Position numbers and translations under genes: made by a program. A DNA stretch of 63,876 nt, counting the filler, from Welwitschia mirabilis (Eukaryota), in assembly GCA_051453625.1 (NCBI GenBank). It is 8 parts of one record of this genome, joined end to end, with 100 filler letters (N's around TTAATTAATTAA, not from the genome) between each part and the next. Parts side by side here need not be neighbours in the genome. Positions count along the whole stretch, not along the records: positions 54,793 to 58,102 come from JBOZIK010000001.1; positions 58,203 to 60,265 come from JBOZIK010000001.1; positions 60,366 to 62,313 come from JBOZIK010000001.1; positions 62,414 to 63,876 come from JBOZIK010000001.1; 4 more parts are not named here. One strand, written 5' to 3'. Shown here one piece after another: positions 55,153-63,876 of the stretch (its first letter is position 1; every line of letters begins with the position of its first letter). A model generated the notes under the pieces. The model was not told where the DNA came from. It searched no databases and worked only from the letters and a program-made list of their open reading frames with translations.

Positions 55153-57979
55153 TGTGAGGATCGATATGAACTCTGAGGGAGGGGTGAATGAGTTCTACTA
55201 AATAAAATTTACACATAATAACAGAATGAAATGCATAATAAAATGCCTTATTAAAATAATGTGGTTCCCCAACCTAGGTACATTCATACATGAGGGTAGT
55301 TTCTACTTACACCTCTAGATATTCTTAACCTATAAGAAAATAGTGATTTTCTAGCACACCACCAATCTTACATCAAATAATATTCTCCACATAAGGTAGC
55401 ACTCTCTTCCCTCAAAATAATAATGGTTTTCTAACTAAGTAATAATCTTACATCCAATAAGTTCCTGAAAGCACAATGACAAGTGCACACCTCTACAAGG
55501 GTTGACTTATAAAGTGTTTGATATTCAAAAAATGGAATCTACAATAACATTTAATAATAAGATAGTCCACCATGAAGATTTAAGATCCTTGAAGTTATGG
55601 TTGCTGTTATGAGTATGGATGAGAAAGATGATAATAATGAAAATCAAAATCCAAAAGATGAAATAATGCTAGCTTCTTGCTAATGAATCTTTTTACTTGT
55701 GCTTTCCAAGATCTGTATATCTTTAGTTTAATGAAGTTTCAAAAGTTATCTTTTGATTTATGATGTTGAGGCTTTATAACATTGACGAAGATGTAGCCAT
55801 TTGATCTTGAAAGGTAGTTGTTTGATTTTGTAACCATCGTGTAATAGATAGGTAACGTCTATGCTTCAGGCATGTAACTTAACTTTTAACCTACATGAAG
55901 TTTGGTCGAAGATTACTAAATTTTGTAGATGTCTTTACTATAGATGTCTTTATTTTTTTAGATGTCTACTCTTCAGATGTCTTTAATTTTGTAGACATCT
56001 TAAGTTAACTCACCTAGATCTTAATGAATTTACACTGTAGTATCCTTGGATCTCTTTAATCATTAACCTACTATGTACAAGTTGATAGCTCACATGAAAT
56101 TCAAGATATTAGTCAAAAATAAAATTGACTTTATTACTTGTTTTGGCTCAGTATAAACATCTTCAATTTTGTAGACGTCTTCATCTGTGTCAAGTCCATC
56201 TTTCAGTTTAATCATCTTAAATATGATAGTTTTCTTTTAGCCTATTACTTATTTTTTAGTACATGTAAGATGCCTTTAGATTTCTAGATGTCTTTAGTTA
56301 AGATGTCTTTAATTTTCTAGATGTCTTCAAACTATTGATTTTGCAATTTAGCATTTGATCCTTTTTGTGAGATATTAACTTTGAAGATCCATTATGGTCT
56401 AGTACTTATCAAGGTCTAATATTTCTGTAATGACCTATCTACATAATGATATCAAACATTTGACATGTGGAACTATCAAAACTAGATTTTCCAACAATCG
56501 CCCCCTTTTCAATGATGTCCAAAACTTGGCAAATCTCATTAGTGTAATATCAACTAATCAATTAAAATTAGATATGTTTATTTTAGAGAAATTCACATAA
56601 TCACTAGTTGTAATCATCATGATATCCACTATGCAAAATAAGATGAAAGAATATAGACATATATCACTTAAAGACCTAGAATACATGCTCAACCACTTGA
56701 GAATAAAATCAGATAGATATACCTCTTAAGGAACTAGAAACATTTGATAAACTCTCAATTGAAATATACTAATGGAAATATACTATTATCATATGAAAGC
56801 ATTTTAATCATCAAATAATCATAAACAAAATATCACATAGTTAAAAATGTGTTAATTATTTGTCAACACTTCTTATTCTTTTTGGACAATAGAGAAAAAG
56901 AATATAAATTCAAAAGTCTAAATCTTCCCTTGCACATGTTCCTCCACAGAAGCTTGATATTAATTGATGTTCTGCTAATAATTTTAACCAATAGTATATC
57001 TAAAGACATCTACAATTCTTAAGACATCTTACTAAGAGACATCTATAAAGGTTGAGGCATTTGTAATAAAAGTTTTAGAATTTTTGAAAATATTGATAAC
57101 TAATGCAATCATAACAGCACCACTTCGAAAAGATAAATATCTAGCACATAATTTAACTTTAACTACATCAAATTACATCTAATTATAAAATCAACTCATA
57201 AGATAAATACAATGTGAAGTTGAGAAATTAAAATATATTACCTATTTAGTTACCTAATTAAGTAAGGCCCAAATCCCAAGTTCCCATGTAATTTTACATA
57301 TATTTTAATACGTAGAGTTTTTGTAAATGCATCTGTAAGTTGATCATCCATACTAACATATTACATTGTAATATTTTTAATCCTAACATGTTGTCTAACA
57401 AAATGATGTTGAATCTTAATGTGCTTGTTCTTGAGTGTTGTATAGGATTTTTGGATATATTGATGACACTCTTATTATCACAACAGATAGGAATGTTATT
57501 CATGGAGAGACCAAAATCTTTTAATGTTTGCCTCATCCATAGAAGTGCACAACAACTCCCTACAATAATATACTTAGTGTTAGTTGTAGATAAAGAAGTT
57601 GAGTTCTATTTTTCACTACTCCAAGAAATAAGGCATTACCCAAGAAAAGAGCATGTTCCACTTGTGCTTCTTTTATCATCTTTACTACCTGTCCAATTTG
57701 CATCCCAATACCCTACAAGATTAATTGAGAAGTCCTTTGAGTATGAAAGGCCCTAATTACTAGTACCTTTTAAGTAATAAAAAATGTTTATGCCAACTAC
57801 AAGATATGATTCTCTAGGATCACTGTGATAATGTGCATAAATTCCTACACTTGACATAATATTAGGTTGATTAGCTATGAGATATAATAAACTACTAATC
57901 ATAACTCTGTATAACTTTTGATCCACTTTCTTACCAGTTTCATCTTTCTCTAATTTGGTGTTTTGATTCACGGGACTAT
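55153..57979 (-). mobile_element. Sirevirus-type copia 3' half: RT end, RNase H, PPT and 1344-bp 3' LTR (55153-56496)
   Basis: gagggaggggtgaat at ~55175; repeated taga(c/t)gtct motifs at 55920-56330; PPT atcgccccctttt at 56497-56509; ORFs 57753-58016 (VDQKLYR.MI.SLLYL) and 57294-57536 (CDNKSVINISKNPIQHSRT). Confidence 0.93.
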
Positions 57980-58102
57980 TGTTGCGGTGTGTATTTGTGC
58001 AATAGTTCATGTTCAAATTCCAATTCTGTTAATTATCAATAAGATGCCAAATACAACACGCTAGTATAGACGGAGTGATCCGAATGTCGTAATTCCGTCG
58101 AA
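57980..58102 (-). mobile_element. Athila-type LTR 3' terminus inserted into copia RT
   Basis: Reverse complement of 58856-58977; abrupt junction with the RT frame at 57979/57980. Confidence 0.88.
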
Positions 58103-58202
58103 NNNNNNNNNNNNNNNNNNNNNNNNNNNNNNNNNNNNNNNNNNNNTTAATTAATTAANNNNNNNNNNNNNNNNNNNNNNNNNNNNNNNNNNNNNNNNNN
58201 NN

Positions 58203-60265
58203 CTAAAAGCTAAACAAATATCTCATTGTTAATCCTCGTCGTTCCCTCGTTTGTCCAGATGACTATAGAGACAACACTGTTCTCCTATATTTTTATAGAA
58301 TGTTTTTTTGAGTTATCGCCTCTTTATTGTGACTTTATTATGCATGTTAGCTAGGGTTTCGTTTTTACTTTTCTACCAGTTCCCTTTTCCTTTTTGCCTA
58401 TAAATAAAGGTCTCCCCCTCAATTCTTAATCATTTTTGATAGTACCTGACATTCTCGTGACAGGAGATCTTGGGATAGAAGAACCATCTTGTAATCTAGA
58501 GAGATGTTACCTTAGTATTGAGCGGTGTATCCTCCATTGAGGAATGACTACTTTGTGATACAGATGTCTTTTATACTTTTTAATGTGAATTATCCTTTTT
58601 GTTTAATATTTGTAGGAACGTATCCCTCATAGTTTATGTTGTTTAAGATTTGTAACAGGTTTCTTTAATTATATAGATTATGAGGATAAAATTTATTAAG
58701 ATTGAGCTTGAGTAGATCAGTTGCATTATTATTCCAATTTCATAGATTAGTTTTGCAACATTATTTCAATTTCATGCATTGCAATTTAATTTAGTAGATT
58801 AAGATTACACATTTCTTTATCAAAATCAACTCTTTGTTATCTATACCATTGGCCTTCGATGGAATTACGACATTCGGATTACTCCGTCTATACTAGCATG
58901 CTATATTTGTGCATCTTATTGTAATTAATAGGATTTAAATCAAGGTGTAAAACATTACATAAATTTAAACCACAACAAATTAGCACTGATGTTGGGGAAG
59001 ACTGCTTGGAAATTGAGAGTTGTTATTGCTTTAGTGGATATTCCAAATATTTGCTGTAGTAGTGGTGTACCAGTACTCTGTAAGTATTTTATTTTATTTT
59101 TTAACTTTTACTAACCATTAACGTCCCCTTCATCATCTAGATGTCATAGTTAGATAACTATCCCAATTTTTGCTTTCCCTCATTTTGTGGTTGTTTGTGT
59201 TTTCTATCTCTGTCATCCAGGGTATGGTTTGGATGACATGCAGGACAACAGCTTTTGAGAATCAAAACTAAATGGTAAAAATAGGGAAGGGCAAAAAATA
59301 CTAGAGAAAGAGGTAGTTCATTACAGAAAATATCCGAAAAGGTTTGCTAAATTTTGAAATTGAAAATCAAAATAGCTCAGGTATGCAAACTTTAGAATTT
59401 CCTGAATTTCTGATTTTAATTCTGTAGAAGAATATGATTTTAATTTTTAAAAATATAATATCATGTTGACCTCTTATCAAAAACAATCTATCTCGCCGAA
59501 TCCAACCCATGTCATTGGAACTATTACTCCTACTCCTCGTGAAACTCTACGAGATCTCACAGTAAATAAAAAACTTGAAATTCAAAACCCTTTTGACTTA
59601 CCTCCTGGTAATGATGTAGAACTTGAAAACCTAAATGCTTATCCTACCTTTAGAGGATAACCTGATGAATACCCCCTATAATACATTGCTGAAATTAAAC
59701 AACTTGTTCTGACTTCTTGAAATGGTAAAAAAATGCATAACTGATAGAACATATATGGTTATTTTTCCCATTACATTACAAGATAAAGCTAAACTTTGGC
59801 TTAGAACAATCCCTTATAAGAGCCTAAAATCTTGGAGCCAAGTTCAAGAAGCCTTTATTAAAAGACTTATGAATGAAACCACCATCTGAAAATGTAAGAA
59901 AGAAGTTACAAACTTCTAACAATTGCTTAATGAAGACTATGCCTCTGCCTATAAGAGATTCTTTATGGCTTTACACTCAAACCCAGTAGACGCTTTTCCT
60001 AAGGTAGAATTTATAGACTATCTCTATAGTGGGTTAAATAGTCATACTAAACAACTTTGTAGATTTCTCTTATAGAATCTCTTAAATCAAACTTTAGAAG
60101 ATGCTTGAAAGATATTAGAAGATTTAGTTAAAGTAAGTCAAACCTGGCCAAAACCCTCATCTAGAGAGAACAGAACAGTAGGCCAAATCATTAAAGACCT
60201 TAAATAAATCAAACACAAGAAAACTAAAACCAAAATAGAACATGAACTAACTAGCGTCATTGAGG
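58203..60265 (+). mobile_element. Athila-type element 5' part: LTR to 58977, tRNA-Asp PBS 58981-58998, leader, gag
   Basis: ctataaata at ~58398; LTR ends cacaaca; PBS tagcactgatgttgggga (12/18). Confidence 0.88.
59463..60265 (+). pseudogene. gag: Athila-type gag (decayed)
   Basis: PTFRG*PDEYPY; IFPITLQDKAKLWLRTIPYKSLKSWSQVQEAFIKR; YLYSGLN. Confidence 0.9.
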
Positions 60266-61145
60266 NNNNNNNNNNNNNNNNNNNNNNNNNNNNNNNNNNN
60301 NNNNNNNNNTTAATTAATTAANNNNNNNNNNNNNNNNNNNNNNNNNNNNNNNNNNNNNNNNNNNNAAGCATTACCAAATAGCGTCTCACAGATGATGGTC
60401 ATTATATTTCTAAGGTAAGATTATTCTCATCTAGGAACTGATGCTTCATCCTACAAAGCAATCATGCACCATGCACTCCAAGGATTTAAGGAGTTACAGA
60501 TCAGATCTCCCTTTGATTTTTCTTGTTTTTTACCATTTTAAATTTCTACATTTTTCTCCTTACATTTTCATTTTTCCTCTATTTTAATGCATTTCTAAAT
60601 CTAAGACTAAATTTATGCTCAAAGGAAAAACAAAGATATGTGCATTTGTCTACATAAGATTCAGACTATCTATCAAACCAAGGATTTTGAGGGATAGGCA
60701 AAGTTGTATTAAACTACCAAATATGCTTTAGAGAATGGGAAGGTAATGTAATAACATAGTAAGATATTCTTCTATTCTTTGGAGAATCTATTTATCTTCT
60801 AAAATATAAAAGAACATAAATGATATTAGACCAAGACATGTAATAAGCAAGAAATTAAAAGAGTTTAACAAGAGAAATTCTCTATTCATTACACAATCAC
60901 TCCAAATTGATGTTGTCCATCATTTCTTAAGCCAATCAAATTAGATCAAGAGTGAAAGTAGCAAAAGAAAATTCCAAGATTAAAGGGTTACTATAAAGTA
61001 TAAACCTTCATTCCAGCTATGATACTAATTAAAGTTAGAGATCCTCGATTTCCATAATAGCAAGGTGGGAAAAGGATGAATATTCAAAAAATATCCATGG
61101 TTTTTAATATATTAAAGCCATTATAGAATTTAATACAAACTAATA

Positions 61146-61171
61146 ATAAAGGATTTGATCAAATCCTTTAT
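61146..61171. repeat. Perfect 26-bp palindrome plus an extra half copy (61177-61190)
   Basis: ataaaggatttgatcaaatcctttat. Confidence 0.9.
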
Positions 61172-61901
61172 AATAGGATCAAATCCTTTAATATAGAAAA
61201 CAAGGACAAATTGACTTGAAAATGGTATCATGGGCATTCCCATTGACACTTATTCAAAAGTATTCTTCACAATACTTGATCTTGAATGTTTGAGTTTATA
61301 AACTTGATTTAAGACATATTTTGAATATTCTAAGGTTTTCTAAGTTCATTCGTTTAAGTTCTCTCTCTTCTTTTTCTCTCTCTCTTCTTTCTTTTTCTCT
61401 TACTCTTAGTCAAAATATCTTGAAATTACCTAAGGATCACTTTGATTTCATAAAAATTTTGATGTGCTAATTTTTATTAATTACCTATTAATTTATAACA
61501 TCATTTAGAAGTTTTAATGCTCTTATAATGTATTTCATGGTAAGTAAAGAGTTATGTTTCAAGTTGCAATTTAGCAAAAATCTTTATAAAGTCAAATAAC
61601 TTACTATGTTGATTTGAATAATTTAGCTTTTCAAGTGTTATCCTTTTATTCTAAAATGTGATACATTTTATATAGGATGAAAAGTAATATCTAAATTACT
61701 TAGTTACATCCATGTTAAATGATTTCAAGTAATGCACTTTTCAAGGAAAATTAGTTTTATATGAAAATTACTTTTATAAATTTGACTGTTTAAATTCTCT
61801 TGCTTATTTGTATAAAGTATAAATGATCTTAATAAGCTTAGTGAATTTCTATAAAAGGTTATTATTTTTCATTTTATTTTATTTCCTTTTCTTTCTTTCT
61901 T

Positions 61902-61923
<22 letters not shown>

Positions 61924-61932
<9 letters not shown>

Positions 61933-62170
61933 TTTGGGGATATTAAGGGGAACCTCTGCCATGAACAGGGCATTACTGGACACACCGTCCCCCCCCCCCC
62001 CCCACCTCCTCCTCCAATGGGGAGTAAACCCTAGGTAAGTGGGCCTATCCCTAACCCATCACTAGGTAAATCATGGTTTTATGATCGAATTGGCCTTTCC
62101 GGGATTGATCCTTTGTTACAAGTATGAGATCTATCTAGTACCACCATTGAGGCAACTCAATGGAGGCTGC
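61924..62170 (-). mobile_element. tRNA-derived SINE (~235 bp plus A tail)
   Basis: Minus strand: box A-like TTGCCTCAATGG (62144-62155), box B-like GGATCAATCCC (62101-62111) 32 nt downstream, GC-rich body, A12 tail (61924-61935). Confidence 0.7.
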
Positions 62171-62413
62171 TTTTTTTTAATTTCCTTTTTCATACTTCAT
62201 GAAATGACATGTTTACATATGAACTTCTTGATGATAATTTTTACTCTTGTGTTGTAATTACTTGTAGGTCACATGATGAAATAGTTGTTTTATTATATAA
62301 AGTGATAGTTTAANNNNNNNNNNNNNNNNNNNNNNNNNNNNNNNNNNNNNNNNNNNNTTAATTAATTAANNNNNNNNNNNNNNNNNNNNNNNNNNNNNNN
62401 NNNNNNNNNNNNN

Positions 62414-63876
62414 AAAAAATATACTATTTGGATCTAGATTCCAATTTATCTTAACCAAGCTTAGTGTTTTTAACATAACATTTAGATCCAAAAATTTGCA
62501 AATGTGAGAAATTTGGTTTAATGTCATACCATTTCTCATATGGAGTGGAATTACTAAGATGCCTTATCAACATGAAGGTAATTGGATGTATTAATTGCTT
62601 TAGACCAAAATACTTTATCAAGGTTAGCTTGAATAAATATGGTTCTTACCATATCTAGTAGAGAGCGATTTTTCTTTCCGCAACTCCATTTTATTGTGGA
62701 GTGTAAGCTATTGTCAATTGGTGAGTAATTCCATCATTTTGCAAATAGGATTGAAAATCATTTGATAAGTATTCACCTCCTCTATCAGTTCTTAAGCACT
62801 TGATCTTGATATTTGTTTCTATTTTAGCCCACTTTTGAAACACTTTAAAGGATTGTAATGCTTGAGATTTGCATTTTAAGAAATGAATATGACATAATCT
62901 TGAAAATCATCAATAAATGTAATAAATTACTTACAACCACTTAGACTGAAAGAGATAAAGGGACCACAAATATCTAAATGCACCAATGACAATTTTTGAG
63001 ATGATCTAGTTGAGTTTTTTGGAAAAGAGATCCTTGTTTGCTTTTCTTGAATGCATTCCTTATATGTATTAGTGGGTTTAATTTAGATATTGTGTAAACC
63101 CATAATAAGATTGTGTTTAATCATTTCCTTCAAATATTTGGTTGAGATGTGTCCTAATTTTNNNNNNNNNNNNNNNNNNNNNNNNNNNNNNNNNNNNNNN
63201 NNNNNNNNNNNNNNNNNNNNNNNNNNNNNNNNNNNNNNNNNNNNNNNNNNNNNNNNNNNNNNNNNNNNNNNNNNNNNNNNNNNNNNNNNNNNNNNNNNNN
63301 NNNNNNNNNNNNNNNNNNNNNNNNNNNNNNNNNNNNNNNNNNNNNNNNNNNNNNNNNNNNNNNNNNNNNNATTATGAATAGACAAATTCTCACCTTTGTG
63401 ATTTTTAAAAAGAAGGGAATTATGGCCTTTAATTTCTTGTGAAACTCCTCCTTCAAAGATCACTACTCCATGCTCTTCTACATGAAATTTTTGAAATAAG
63501 TGCTTTTGATAAGTAATGTGCTTTGAGCATCCACTATCAATGTTTTAAGAAGTTGATTTGTTAGACGATGATATTAAATCTAAGTGAGTTTCAACTACAA
63601 ATCCTACTAGCTCAACTTCTTCATCTTGTTTGGATTCATCTGTTTATTCTATTTCTCATTGCTTTGAAGATTCACTTTGTTCTACTATGTTGGCTTTATT
63701 TGTATCATTCCATCTTTTCTTTTGACAATCTTTGATAAGATGGCCCTTTTCATGGTAATAGTGACATTTCCTAGTTTCTTGTCAATTCAAGGATGATGAG
63801 GCATTCTCAAAACTAGGATTACCTCTTCCACTATGTTGGCTTCTTTCTTGTCCTTTTCCTTGACCTCTACTTTGGC
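62414..63876 (-). pseudogene. pol: Ty1/copia gag-pol fragment: zinc knuckle, protease, GAG-pre-integrase, integrase
   Basis: CHYYHEKGHLIKDC ~63725-63766; IDSGCSKHI ~63515-63542; KLGHIS ~63150; VHLDICGP ~62960-62985; RTDRGGEY...TPQ*NGVAERKNRSL 62660-62795. Confidence 0.95.

Noticed and set aside
57753..58016. 87-aa ORF as a novel gene
   Set aside because: Chance fusion of an inserted LTR end to a copia RT fragment; ORF 57340-57756 is its antisense shadow.

Overview
AT-rich, strongly CpG/CHG-depleted eukaryotic DNA, almost certainly plant heterochromatin, from a draft assembly. It has seven artificial 100-bp spacers (N44-TTAATTAATTAA-N44) plus ordinary N gaps. I find no host gene, rRNA, tRNA or CRISPR array: the window is a graveyard of decayed transposable elements. 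Recognisable pieces are Ty1/copia pol remnants at both ends, four Sirevirus-type copia pieces, Athila-type gypsy LTRs/PBS/gag/integrase, a Tekay-type gypsy pol, an Ogre/Tat-like segment, a near full-length L1 LINE, probable CACTA remnants, two solo-LTR-like insertions and a tRNA-derived SINE. The best structure is a four-level nest across ~5.4-31.8 kb. An old element with ~4.2-kb direct repeats (putative giant LTRs) contains an L1, which contains a two-LTR Sirevirus, which contains a 333-bp insert; each level has a candidate target-site duplication (TSD). All translations and alignments were done by eye, so boundaries are approximate unless tied to a quoted motif. I do not see convincing evidence of a new biological system, only possibly undescribed TE families.
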